From assembly GCF_006345805.1 (NCBI RefSeq), contig NC_043009.1:42594001-42658000 (forward strand): a DNA stretch of 64,000 nt, read 5' to 3'. This document shows positions 1-13,061 of the stretch, in pieces. Every line of letters starts with the position of its first letter. Position 1 is the stretch's first letter. Both the position numbers and the translations under genes were made by a program. The notes under the pieces were generated by a model. It saw only the letters and a list, made by a program, of their open reading frames with translations, was not told where the DNA came from and searched no databases. Source of the DNA: Octopus sinensis (lineage: Eukaryota).

Positions 1-579
1 AGAAGAAGAAGAAGAAGAAGAAGAAGAAGAAGAAGAAGAAGATTATGATGATGATAATGACGACGATGGTGACAATGGTGATGACGACGATGATGATGAT
101 TATGGTGATGATGATGACGGCAACAATGATAAAAACGACGATGATGACGATGATGTGTCGATGATGATGATGATGACGATGACGGCGACGACGACGACGA
201 CGACGATGATTTCCGGTGTCATAGTCGTGCGAATGTTGAAGTATGAAAAGAAAAGACAACACAATAAAGAAATAAATTAATTAAACAACAAAAATAAAAT
301 TATTACAAATCTTAATAACTGCAAGCAAAAATTATTGATCTGCTAAAGTAAATTATGTCCAAATATAGTAAATTATATAAAATAAGGAAAAAAACAGAAC
401 AAAACAAAAAAAAAAACAAGATTTTATCGAGAACATTACAAAACACACTTCAAAGAAGAGAAGTTCTTTCTTTGTATGAAAACAATTAAAATATTTTGAT
501 ACAACTTTTAAATTGGTAGGTTTGCTGTTTTTAGCGATTAATTGGCAAATTTGTCAACTGCTGATACTACTAATACCAA

Positions 580-649
<70 letters not shown>

Positions 650-768
650 ACTACTGCTGCTGCTGCTGCTTTGTATGTTTTACTTTGTCTCTTGGTTTAT
701 ATCACCATCGTCATCATCGTCATCATCAACATCGTCGTCTTCATCCTAATCGTCATCATCATAGTCAG

Positions 769-811
<43 letters not shown>

Positions 812-920
812 GTCGTCGTCGTCGTTCGTCGTCATCGTCATCTTCATTGTCATTGTCAACATTAAGTGTCGTCGTTGTCATTCTCTTCGTCCTCCTCTTC
901 CTCCTCCTCCTCCTCCTGAA

Positions 921-951
<31 letters not shown>

Positions 952-1249
952 GACATTATCAGTAGCAACATTACTGTCATCATCATCATATTCAGCAGCA
1001 GCAGCAGCGGCAGCTTCACTGTCCACCTCCACCTCCTCTTCATCATCATCAACAACACCGTCATCAACGACAACAACAACAGCAGCAATAACAACAATAA
1101 CAACAACAACAACGACAGCATCATCCTTCATCTTTTACTGCATTCTTCCTTATTCTCGGTGCTCATCCTATTATTCCAGTCAGTTATATTGTTCTTTATC
1201 TTGTTCCACTGCTCTAATTACCATACTACCAGTGCGACGTAGTAGTAGT

Positions 1250-1315
<66 letters not shown>
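1..1315. repeat. Compound trinucleotide microsatellite blocks ((GAA)n, (GAT/GAC)n, (CTA/CTG)n, (CAT)n, (CAA)n, (GTA/GCA)n)
   Basis: Runs read directly from sequence; they explain the poly-L/T/H/I/D ORFs. Confidence 0.95.
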
Positions 1316-1460
1316 TTTATTTTTTATTCATTTATTCACTCGGCTAATTAGCCAGTTAAGAAACTAAAACAATGATAACAGCAACAATAACAATCACAAC
1401 CAGCAATCCAACACTAAACGCTAATACATATATATGCATATATAAATATACATACATACA

Positions 1461-1545
<85 letters not shown>

Positions 1546-1617
1546 TCTGTGTGTGTGTTTGTATATATGTATATGCATGCATATATATATATATATATAT
1601 ATGTGGGGGGGGGGGAT

Positions 1618-1691
1618 GGAAGCACTCCGTCGGTTACGACGACGAGGGTTCCGGTTGATCCGATCAACGGAACAGCCTGCTCGTGAAATTA
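1618..1691 (-). mobile_element. 3' fragment of SINE family D
   Basis: gaagcactccgtcggttacgacgacgagggttcc...ctcgtgaaatta is near-identical to 4860-4932. Confidence 0.8.
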
Positions 1692-1723
1692 GAAATAATC
1701 TTTCTATTTAGTGTGTATGTGTA

Positions 1724-1833
<110 letters not shown>

Positions 1834-1848
1834 GTATGTATGTATGTA

Positions 1849-2136
1849 TAGCGCATGACTCAGTGGTTAGAGCGTCGAGCTTACAATCGTGAGGTTGTGA
1901 GTTCGAATCCCGGACCGGGCTGCGTGTTGTGTTCTTGAGCAAGACACTTTATTTCACGTTGCCCCAGTTCACTCAGCTGTAGAAATGAGTTGCAACGTCA
2001 CAGGTGCCAAGCTGTATTGGTCTTTGTCTTTCCCTTGGATAAACAAATTTCCATAAACAACCTGGCCCGGACTTGTGCCTTGGAGGGTAACTTTCTAGGT
2101 GCAATCCCATGGTCAGTCATGACCGAAGGGGGTCTC
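1849..2136 (+). mobile_element. tRNA-derived SINE, family C
   Basis: Pol III A-box-like tgactcagtggttag and B box gagttcgaatccc, followed by a non-tRNA body (tcttgagcaagacactt, CORE/V-like). Related heads at 17925-18146, 44203-44450 and 53808-54063. Confidence 0.8.
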
Positions 2137-3212
2137 AACACATATGTACTGTTATACACACAAACACATATGTAGATGTGTACATACATATATGTATGTA
2201 TGTATATATATAAACCATTTTATAAACAAACTTACTAACAACGAAAAAAAACAAACAAAAAAGCATCAACAACAACAATGACAACAACGCTAACAATAAC
2301 AAACAGAAAGTAATTCCACCACTCACGCAAAACAAAAAAGAAATTATATTTTAAAATATAAAAATTTAAAAAATTTAAAAAATTTAAATATCTGTGAAAC
2401 AATATAACTGTTCGGTTGTGTCAGAAACCTTATACATAATCTAGGTCTACAAATGTTTGCACTCGCGGAAGAAAATAAAAATCCCACGAGAAATCAAAAT
2501 AAGAATCAGTCTATAATTCCATATGAGAGAACTTGATAACAACAGTCAGATCTTTGTCTTTGTGGGTATATGTGTGTGTATTGCTTCTCTGTGTGTGAGT
2601 GAGACAATGTGTGTGTGTGTTTCTTGGTGTATAAGAGTGTGTGGGTGTTGGTTTGACGTTACAGATATTTTATTTAGATATTATATTTCTTTGGGGATAA
2701 TTTTTGAACCTCAGTTCTTCATTATATTCGAAGTTGAGATTTTGAGAATATTTTAAAAAATTTCTTTGTGAATTTTGTTTCTTTTCCGGGGAGATATTTT
2801 TTGTATTTTTTTTTTGTCTTAGCAAGAATGAAATGGTTACATAAAAGACTTTACAGACACAGGCAACGCTGTGAGATTGAAACATTTGGTTTACATCAAT
2901 ACAGACTAAGGTTCAGTCCCACGTTGTAGCACCCAGAGCAAATGTCTTCATCAATGGCCCCAAGTGTCTGAGTGGATTTGGTAAACAGAAAATGAAAGAA
3001 TGCCACTGAATATATTTATATATATGTTTATGTGCATGTATATATGTATGTATTTATATGTGTGTGTATGTATATATGTGTGTATGTATGTGTATACATA
3101 TGTGTGTGTTCACATATATATATATATATATATATGTGTGTATATGTATATATATGCATATATATGCATATATATATGCATATATATATGCATATATATA
3201 TGCATATATATA

Positions 3213-3261
<49 letters not shown>

Positions 3262-3475
3262 TATATATAAAACTTCGTATAGTGTTTTCTGCTGGAAGAA
3301 AAGAATACCGAACATCATAGTTGAAGTTTAAAATACATAAACTGGGTCGAATTAGTCTCTTGCTACTCTGTGTTTCACTTCAGTATGCAAATCATCTTTG
3401 GCAGTTAATTATGTATGCATGCATATATATATGTAAGTATGCATGCATGAATGCATTATATGTATATTTATCATT

Positions 3476-3605
3476 TAATAGACACAGGATTTAAAAGTGA
3501 GCAACAATCAGTTTCATACAACAGTCGAACGAGCTTGTATAGTGTGCCATCTACTATGGGAAGAACGAAATTATAATCGCTCGCATTTAAATCCTGTGTG
3601 TATTA
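3476..3605. mobile_element. Palindromic MITE-like element with ~40-bp imperfect inverted termini
   Basis: taatagacacaggatttaaaagtgagc... pairs with ...gctcgcatttaaatcctgtgtgtatta; the 14-bp core acacaggatttaaa/tttaaatcctgtgt is perfect. Confidence 0.6.
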
Positions 3606-4059
3606 TATATTCGTCTCCCCCTCGATGGACTATTTCTTTTGCTTTGATCCAATCAAAGAAATAACAGCACCCTCTGAGTGTGTGTGTGTGGTGTGTGTGT
3701 GTGTGTGTGTGTGGTCTTCTTGGTGTAGATTCTCGACAGCAAGAAATGTGTTCTGTTCTGCCTTCTTCCCTCATACTTTAACTTCTTTTCTTTTTTGCAA
3801 AAAGCCGCATCTCTTAGGTTGTCGTAGTCTTGAAGCAGTATGGTGGCCTTGCTAATGCCACAAAAATAACACGCAGCACACGTCGTAAAGTGGATGACGT
3901 TAGGAAAAGTATGCAGCAATAAAAACCATGCCAAAGTAGACAGTTGAACAGGATGCCGGTCATAGACCCGTCGCAACCTGGGAAACCATACAAAGAGGAG
4001 AGAGAGAGGGGGGGGAGAGACAGACAGACAGATAGACAAAGACAGACAGACAAACAGAC

Positions 4060-4810
4060 TGCTATGGATTAGATGCTATAAAATTTTAGCTTGAAAATTT
4101 CCCGAATGAATTTCCTGATCGAATTGAAAAAGATTAATTACTGAAAAATTGAATTCATCCTCCAAAATAATTTTTTCAATCTCAGTGGCAGTATTTACAA
4201 ATATGTCTGGGACAGTGATGGGAACAAAGGTTGCTCCAAATTACGCTAATTTAGTCATAGCATACATAGAAGTAAAGTATATGAAAAATCTATACGAAGA
4301 TTATTGGAAATATTGCTCGAATAATGTTAATCCTGCGAGCACAAGGTCTTGACTAACTTAATAGTTTAAAAATGCTTATTAATAATATAAACAACAATAT
4401 AATTTTAATAATAGAATAAGGTGAAAAGTCAATTTCTTGGATATTTTAATCACATAAAATACAAACATCGAAACCTACGTTCACTACAAACCAACAAACT
4501 CTAAACAATAATCATTCTTTGTTCGATTCCACCAAAAACATACCAAAACAAATAAACTGGATTATATAAACAAGGATCAAATAAATTCTGCTGTAGAGAC
4601 AATACTCGACAAAATTAACTGAGAACGAAAGCGATATCCAAGAAGGACGAAAACAATTCAAATACACACAAACACATTATCCATCAAAATATTCCTTTAT
4701 TGACACAAGACTCAAGGATGAAACAGTAACCGAAATACATAAAATAATCAAAATCGAAAGATAACCAAAGCCAAAAAATGCTTATTTACCAGTACTAAAC
4801 ATTACTATTA
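4060..4810 (+). pseudogene. Degenerate Penelope-like element reverse transcriptase
   Basis: Frameshifted translation gives FILQNNFF, SGTVMGTKVAPNYANLVIAYIEVK (PLE GxxMGxxxAPxxANL motif), FLDIL and IETYVHYKPTNSKQ (PLE YxKPT motif). Confidence 0.75.
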
Positions 4811-4859
4811 GACAACATTGACAGTCGGTCTTGCTACGGAACTTCCATCGTCACTTTTA

Positions 4860-5227
4860 GAAGCACTCCGTCGGTTACGACGACGAGGGTTCCGGTTGAT
4901 CCGATCAACGGAACAGCCTGCTCGTGAAATTAACGTGTAAGTGGCTGAGCACTCCACAGACACGTGTACCCTTAACGTAGTTCTCGGGGATATTCAGCGT
5001 GACACAGAGAGTGACAAGGCCGGCCCTTTGAAATACAGGTACAACAGAAACAGGAAGTAAGAGTGAGAGAAAGTTGTGGTGAAAGAGTACAGCAGGGATC
5101 ACCACCAGCCCCTGCCGGAGCCTCGTGGAGCTTTCAGGTGTTTTCGCTCAATAAACACTCACAACGCCCAGTCTGGGAATCGAAACGGCGATCCTACGAC
5201 TAACCACTGGGCCATTGCGCCTCCACT
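4860..5227 (-). mobile_element. tRNA-derived SINE, family D (near full length)
   Basis: Minus-strand head gtggaggcgcaatggcccagtggttag...tttcgattccc (A/B boxes). The same head occurs at 62737-62860 and the same 3' end at 1618-1691. Confidence 0.8.
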
Positions 5228-5469
5228 CCATCATCATTATAGGATACACATCATATAAATTTAAGTTAGGACATAATAGGCCATAAAGAAATCATGTCGC
5301 CTGTTAACCAAAAGATTTAATTTATGCTGTTAAATGTGGAGAGAGCAAATATAAAAAGGATGATGATAATGATGATGATGAGCATCATCATTGTCATGGT
5401 CTTTCTCCTCCCATCATGATAATTAGGAGAGAAGGGGCAGAGAAAAAGAATGGGAAAGAGATTGAAGAA

Positions 5470-5905
5470 GAAAATGATGGTAGTAATGATGATGATGGTG
5501 ATTATGTTAGGGATGATGATGATGACTACGACTACAGTGACGACCACAACGATGATGATGATGAGGAGGATGATAACAGTGGTGGTGGTGATGGAGGTGA
5601 TGGAGATGGAAGTGTTGGAGATGGAGATGGTGGTGATGGAGGTGGTGGAAATGGAGGTGGTGGTAATGGAGGTAGTGGAGATGAATTTGGTGGTGATGGA
5701 GGCGGTGGTAATGAAGGTGGTGGAGATGGAGGTGGTGGTGACGGGGGGGTGGAGAGGGAGGTGGTGGAGATGGAGGTGCTGATGAAGGTGGTGGAAATGG
5801 AAGTGGTGGTGATGGAAGTGGTGGAGATGGAGGTGGTGGAGATGGAAGTGGTGGTGATGGAAGTGAGGGTGACGGAGTTGGTGGAGATGAAGGTGGTGGT
5901 GCCGC
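5470..5905. repeat. Degenerate (GAT/GGT/GGA)n low-complexity tract
   Basis: Triplet-periodic purine-rich repeat; overlapping low-complexity ORFs occur in four frames. Confidence 0.85.
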
Positions 5906-6533
5906 ACAGATTCAAATGCCTTAGCCTTACAGAACACGTCAGGTGACGGGGATGCAAATCAAAGTTGATTTAGTAAAACTTTAGTTAAGGAATATTCCAA
6001 AATTTGGCTTCAAAATAGCATTTCTTAAAACCAGTTAGCTGTCGACACACAATTACCTGAGCTGGTTTTATATCTAAAACATTTAAGAATTAAGTAGGAA
6101 ACATTTAAAAAATAATTAAAATTATTTCTAACCTGAAGGTCGAAGGAGATTTCTAAACTTAAATTAAACATTTTTCAGTATTTATTTTCCTTCCATATTT
6201 TTAAAACCTGATATTGTTTTTCCTGTTACGCAGGGTGCAACAAACAACGTTAAAACTTTAGTTAAATGTTGGCACTCTCATCACTTGCCTAAGTTTACCG
6301 AGGCCATACCAATCGTTGCGTAAAATAAGGGAGGATTTCACAGTCGAAACCTATATAATGACTTAGACGAAGTTTAAACATTCTTAGTTTGTTGCAGAGA
6401 AATCTTTTTTAAATTTACGAATATTTGGTATTTCCTTACATTTCTGCTTGTTTGTTGCTCACAAGATCTCTATGTGGCAGGTTAGTTATTTCATCACGAG
6501 GAAGAAGGAGAAATGATAATAATAATAATAATA

Positions 6534-6568
<35 letters not shown>

Positions 6569-6883
6569 GCAACAACAAGAGCAACAACAAGAGCAACAAC
6601 AGAAAACATTTAGTTTTAGATTATTTCCAGATTTAAAAAATAATATCCAGAACAAATTCATATTTTCTGTTCATTGGCTTCTTCATATAAATAAATGAAT
6701 AAATAATAAATAAATAAATAAATAAATAAATAATACAGGAATGTTCTGAAAAGTTTTGAAATGAAACTAGTAGTTTATGTTTTTTTCATTACTTGAAGAA
6801 TAAAGCTGTCAAACATATTCATACGATGATCGTGAGGATGATATATGTATCTCCCTCTCTTTCTCTCTATCTCTCTTTATATA

Positions 6884-7070
6884 TCTATTATATAAAATCC
6901 GTTCTGTCTATCTGTGTGTGTGTGTCTTCTAGGATCTCGGGCATCCTCCATCCGATTGCGCTCAAATTTGATATGTAGATACCGACGGTATCAGGGCGTG
7001 TACAAGTCTTGAAAAAAATCACAAAAATCGATTCCAGGTGAGAATGCAATCGATAAAGCCGATTTTGTCC
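6884..7070 (+). mobile_element. Helitron-like 5' end (3' end not located)
   Basis: a|TCtattatataaaa start, then a (TG/TCTG)n tract and ccgattgcgctcaaatttg, typical of non-autonomous Helitrons. Confidence 0.5.
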
Positions 7071-7484
7071 TGCTTTTCTTCCGTCAACCTGTATATAACT
7101 GCACCTTCCCTTTTTTGTTGTTTTTGTACTGCTTCTTTCCTGCCAAGCTTACTGTTTAAACCATGATTGTGTTCTCCCAGTCAACAGCCTTATCATTACT
7201 GGTACTTTAAACTCTTTGTTTGCATATTTGTGTGAATAAAATCGTTTTTCATTGGAAAAGAAAAAAGTATATCTTTATTTCTTCTTTTGCTGGTGTCTCA
7301 AATTTTGGTTAAATCAGTGTTTCTCAAAGGGGAGGCCTATGGGATGGTCGGAGAAGTTGTTTTGAGAAAATTTGGTTTAAATGTTTGACAGCTCAGCACC
7401 GTCCATTGGACGGGGGTGTTTTTCTCGTATAGATATAAACACACACACACACGCACATATATATTAAATATATTAATATATATA

Positions 7485-7640
7485 TTTACCCTGCGCGCGT
7501 AAGTGAAAGCAGAGTATTGTAATCACTCGTCTTTGTCTGTTTGTCTGTGTGTTTGCAAAATTACTGCAAAACAGCTGAATGGATTTTCACCCCATTTGGT
7601 AGAAATACTCATTGAGTGAGTGGCTCAAAATGATGAACAT
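7485..7640 (+). mobile_element. HINE/DINE-1-like (Helentron-associated) element 5' part
   Basis: T-run, then subterminal palindrome taccctgc...gcagagta, a (GTCT/GTTT) microsatellite and aaaacagctgaatggattttcacc. Confidence 0.45.
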
Positions 7641-8100
7641 ATTTATTTTGTTCACTTTCTTTTTCATATAAATCGACCCACGTCTGCGTATGTATAGGGT
7701 CATGGTGTACCTATGCACGTAGACACGTGTGGGTACATACATAGATATGCGATTGTGTGTGTGCATGAGAGAGAATGTGTATGTGTGTGTCTGCATGCGT
7801 AAGTATGTGTGTGTGCGTGTGTGTGTGTGTAAGTGTGTGTACAGTGATGGATTCGAGGGTTTCGTTTATTTATGGCTTGATTTCTTAATTTCATCGGTGT
7901 ATAAATACCTATAGTGGTGATACTTCAAGAAAAAAAATTTAATTAAAAAAATCGAACTTACAAATTAACCGATAAGCAAGTGGTCATATTATTTTGTTCA
8001 CTTTCTTTTTCATATGAATCGACCCTCGACTGCGTGTACATAGATCATGGTGTACTTATGCGCGTAGACACGTATGGGTACATACATACATACATGCATG
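7640..8100 (+). repeat. Dispersed ~105-bp imperfect direct repeat (about 7640-7745 and 7985-8095)
   Basis: tattttgttcactttctttttcatat...gtagacacgtRtgggtacatacata occurs twice. Confidence 0.8.
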
Positions 8101-8227
8101 TTCTTTGCCACTTCGTTTCTCTCATTGCTATTGCTCTCACTACTTCTCCTTCACTGAATTACTATTTTCTTACCATTCACTTATACTGCTCTTTCTCCTA
8201 CTCCGTGATTTTGGACAAATACACACA

Positions 8228-8258
<31 letters not shown>

Positions 8259-8449
8259 ATATATAGAAACACTGCGCTCATTATTATATTAGATGTCTAT
8301 GAATAGACTTTTTCAGACAAAATCACAGCAGCATGCTTTTCTACGGTTTATATACATTTAGCATGATATACAGATGGCTATATTAATTTAATGCTGTTTC
8401 AATAGCATTCACCCAGTTTTATGTATGGGTACATACATACATACATACA

Positions 8450-9060
8450 AAACTCACTAAAATGTAACCACAATGGACTTGATATAATGATTTGGGAGAG
8501 AGAAGAGAAACAGTGTACAGTTGTTGAAATCAGCTACCTAGCGGATGCTAACATAAAACTGAGGATCAGTGAAAAAGAGAATACTTACGCTGAACTATTG
8601 AGAAATTTGTAGTTACTCTATCCAGATTACAAGTTCTGGTTTACACCTGTAATTATTGGGGTACTAGGGTATGTAACGCTCTGCCTAAATACCAATCTTG
8701 AGAAATTATGCTTCTCAAAACCAGAAAGGAGAAAGCTGATTCGAAGACATGCCATCACTGGATTTGTGAAAATTTGTAAAACTTTCCAGACGGTTATCAT
8801 TTAAGTTTATATGAACCTGTCTAGATATGCAAGCATATACATGAGAAGACATACATAAAACAAAGCATACAAATCTTCACGTTTACTTACATAAATACAT
8901 ACATAAATACATACATACATACATACAAACAAACAAACAAACAAACAAACAAAAATACCCTGTTGTTGATGTTGAAATTCTAATGAAGGAGCCTTGGATC
9001 TAGGTTAGAAACTGGCTCTTTCTCTGCTGGCAAGAAATTTTGAAATAAAACTGAATAATG
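8450..9060 (+). mobile_element. 5'-truncated R4/Dong-like non-LTR retrotransposon (RLE endonuclease remnant and 3' UTR)
   Basis: KCNHNGLDIMIWEREEKQCTVVEISYLADANIKLRISEKENTY...PVIIGVLG resembles the PD-(D/E)xK RLE domain. It is flanked by (CATA)n, and the 3' end recurs at 61468-61553. Confidence 0.75.
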
Positions 9061-10522
9061 ACATACAAATATACATACATATGCCACGGGTATCTTCCTG
9101 TTTCCATCTACCAAATCCACTTACAAGTCTCTAGTCTGCCCCGGGGTTATAGTAAAAGGTGCTATGCAGTGAAGCTGAACCCAAGACCACGTTGTTACAA
9201 AGCCACCGTCTTTACCACAAACCCATACCTGCAACTTTTCATTCCTGCCAGTCTTGAAGAACACTAATCTTGTGTTAAAGAAATCAATATTACTTGTACG
9301 ATAGACACTGAAGACTAAAATCTTTTACAGCATTTCAATTTCATCTTCCATTGTTTACGGTTCAAATCCTATGGGAATCAACAATGTTGTTCTTAAACCT
9401 CACTCGAGGGCAATAAAGTCGGTACTACTGAAATATATTGAATCAGCCCAACCCATCTCCTACAAAATTTTGACCTCGTTCTTGATTCGAAGATATAATT
9501 ATTGTTTGCACATGATTTAGATCGAAAAGATAAAAAGAAAAAAAAATCTTCGGGGTTTCGAGGGAAGAATTTCCACTATCTGGTTCTATTTTTCTGATTT
9601 CCACAAACAAAAGAGGTTAAAATTCTTATTATTTATGAAACATAATTGTAAGAGGTGGCATTATTCCAGAGATTTAAACTCGATTCTCTTTCAGGTAAGT
9701 GACTATTACAATTCCTGCCATAAATCTTTATCATTGGTTCCGACGAAACCATTTTCTGATATAACAAACTAAACACAAAAAAAGACGTATAACGAAAAAA
9801 AAAGTGTAAACTTTATACAAGAAATTTAGGCTGAAGGCATTATTTCTGTCATTTCTTAAGTTGAAATCAGTATTATTTATCCAATTATGTAGTTATTACT
9901 AATCTTGCTAGAAAATAAGCTAATAACAGTATGAAGCTAACATCAGTCATCTGAGTGGCTTTGTTTTATCTAAAATTGATATGTCTAGAGTAGCATGAAA
10001 ATATTGTAGCAGGCGGTAATTTTTTTATGATAGCCTGCAAATACATAAACTGCTTCGAATTATTTATCAATAGATTTATCTATCAACAGATTTTATCAAA
10101 AGAATTATCACATATTTATCAATGTATTTTATCATTGTAATTATATTTGTGTTATTCATGAATCATTAATCTGCATAATCAACAGTTAAAGAGTGATTTT
10201 TCCCTAAAATCGATAGCACCAAATAAATTATTACATACTTACCGATAATTCCAATGTCAAGAATGTAGACGCCATGAAAAAAGTTTCATATAGTCGTTCC
10301 TAGAGTAGTGTGTCATTTTTCCAGACAATTAATTTCATCTTTTGTATGTCCGTTTTCTTCTACTCTCTTCTGATCTATGTATTCTTATGTCGTCTTTGTA
10401 TACAAATTTTTATATGTTTGTACATCTATTTATATCAATGGTCGTGTTCTTTGTCTCAGATTGAACTCGCAGTCTATAATTGAAGTCATCCAGCATGAGA
10501 TTCTAGGGGTTTTATTCAAATC

Positions 10523-11167
10523 CCTGTTGGACAGGCACTTGTTTATATATTCAGTCTTGGCCTCATTGAGGTAAAGACCTACACAATTTCAGGCTTGTTC
10601 GAGAGATTGTAAAACAGACTGGGCATTGGAACTCTCAACAATGCGCCCTTAAATATGGTTTCTGATTACAAATATCTTGGGTCATACATATCATCATCTG
10701 GAAAAGATTTTCTAACTAGAAAGGGTATGGCCTGGTCAGCCTGTAATGGCATGCATAAGATCTGGTCATCAAATCTAAGTAGAGACTTCAAACTTGAAAT
10801 CTTCAAAGCCACAGTCGAACCAATTCTATTATATGGCTCAGAAACCTGGACGTTATCAAAGAAGCGCCATCCAACCAAAATGCAAATATATGGGAAACTA
10901 CCACCTGTGTCATCTCTTGTGAAAGGTAGGAGAGTCCAGTTTGCTGAATATTGTTGTAGAACTGAAAAAGAGGTAATTTCTACTCTCCTCCTCTGGAAGC
11001 CATCTACTCGCAATGCCAGAGGGCGCAAACTCTCCTACCCTGATGTAATCTCCAGGGATACAGGCATCCAGCAACAGGACCTCCGTAATGCCATGATGGA
11101 CCGTGAAGTCTGGCGTAGCATATTAAATTCCATTGTCTCGACCACGGTCGAATAATGATGATGATGA
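10523..11167 (+). mobile_element. 5'-truncated RTE-clade LINE with 12-bp TSD
   Basis: ORF 10655-11155 carries YKYLGS, LLYGSETWTL and DREVWR (RTE ORF2 C-terminus, internally deleted). (TGA)n tail; TSD tttattcaaatc at 10511-10522 and 11168-11179. Confidence 0.9.
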
Positions 11168-11566
11168 TTTATTCAAATCACAACTATGATAGTTTTAACT
11201 GAAGCAAATAGTACTTATATTGGCTGCAAAACCAGAAAAATCATGGGTTCCAGACTATCAGCCCAAAGGATTATGTTTAAACCCCCCAACACATTTCTCC
11301 AGATATTTTAGCGTTCATAGGACCAACACCTTCAATTGTACATACTTTAGTTTATTTTGATGTTTGGAAATAGGTACCAGATCGTTAAGGAATGCAATTT
11401 CTGATCTGGTATTCTATCCAATGGAACAGATGTATTTAACATCTGTTCAGCACCCTGACACTATACCTGCGTTATTACATTCACAGAAAGTAATCTTGTA
11501 GCTTAAACACACATTTCGTACTGGAATATATTCAGAAACAGAATGTTAAAAGTGGGTTGGAGTATA

Positions 11567-12079
11567 TCTATATATATAAAACTGTAGTTGTGTGAGTGTC
11601 TGTCCCCTTCGATTTAGATTCCTAACTACTCCCACATTTTGCGGTGCAGTTTAACCAAAACCGGGTATCTTATAGTCGTGATTCATATCGAGCCCGTCTG
11701 GGTATTAGCGCGCGTCTACGATGAGTCTACGATTTTTAAAATAATTTAACATCATTTTTTATTCCATTTTAATGCATAATTTTTCGTGTGTCGATGGCGG
11801 CGGAGTTGGCGTCCATGGTCACACCTGCACCTATTTGCTTCTCCCCCTTCTTCCCTCCCTCGTGAAGCTGTGGGGAAGGGAGTGTAAGGAAATCAACGTC
11901 GTAAAGCGTTGTCAAGGAGACCAGCGTTCTTTTAGAACAACGACTTCATGGCTTGAAGACACCAAAACAGAAATGGCTAAGAAAGCCCGAATTGGCATCT
12001 ATAAGGGAAGTAACTCTCTAAAAATGCTTATATAGTTATTTCCCTTACAAACCCGAGCAACGCCGGGCGATACTGCTAG
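11567..12079 (+). mobile_element. Complete non-autonomous Helitron
   Basis: 5' TCtatatatataaaa, 3' hairpin cccgagcaacgccggg then CTAG; inserted between A (11566) and T (12080) with no TSD. Confidence 0.88.
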
Positions 12080-12299
12080 TAACTTTATAACTTTTGAAAA
12101 ACAGCACAAAAGAATATGAACCAAAATAACGAGAAATCCAAAGAAAAAAAAAAAAATTGCCAATTTTATATTTAATGTCAATGAAAATAACCAGCATCAG
12201 TGTTGCTATATCAACAGTATTGGAACCTAATACTGGAGCTTAGAATCAGTTTCTTTATAAGTTAATCCAAAAAGGATTGAAGAATATTTCAGATGGGTG

Positions 12300-12850
12300 A
12301 GAATGATACGGTTGATGTCTAATTTGAACTTCACATTAATGTTGATAACTCTAGAGTAGCCTGCCGCTATCGACACACTCCTCTGAACTCTTTGATTATT
12401 TTCATTCTCTATTCCCAAAGGGGAATCTTTCTCAAAATATTATAAGATTAGTAAACAACCAATGTCTTATGCATGTAGGAGGTATTTGGCGCACGCAGGA
12501 AGTTTATTGAGGGTTATTTTCTTAGGCACGAGAACCAATATACATTCAGTTGTACAGGGGTTGCAGGGTTTCTTGATATCTAACTAGGAGTGTGCCCAAG
12601 CTAGTATTGTTCCATACTGTTATCAGTTTATTTTCTAGGAAAATAAGGTAATACGATAATTCTTCTTTTAGTTATTTTTCCTAAATTCTCTTTTGCATTG
12701 CTCAAAACATTTTTCAGGCATTTATTTCATATAATAATGTTAATGAATCTTTTGATTGGTGTTCTCAGAAGAAAAAAAGGCTTGTGTGGGAAGAGAATTC
12801 CAGAATATGGTGGAGAAAGAACGAAAAGTATTGGAGAAGTATTGAAGTAT
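12300..12850 (-). pseudogene. Highly degenerate Penelope-like linker/GIY-YIG remnant
   Basis: Minus-strand fragments IVLPYFP and PCNPCT..MYIG occur in PLE order, with many stops and frameshifts. Confidence 0.35.
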
Positions 12851-12968
12851 TTAACTTCTCTTTAGAAGTTAGATGAGTAAATACAAATACTGATCAGTCG
12901 GTGAGGCCATAGACATTATATATGGGTGGGGATTGTGAATACATGTGTGAGAGAGAGTACATATATAT

Positions 12969-13061
<93 letters not shown>

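Noticed and set aside
1849-1925. tRNA gene
   Set aside because: A and B boxes are present, but the sequence continues into a SINE body shared with other copies and has no convincing acceptor stem.
2440-2512. Minus-strand hammerhead-like gcaaacatttgtagacc
   Set aside because: Both the GAAA and CUGANGA boxes are mismatched.
5416-5946. 176-aa Gly/Asp-rich ORF
   Set aside because: It lies within a degenerate triplet repeat that is open in several frames on both strands, with no domain or splice support.
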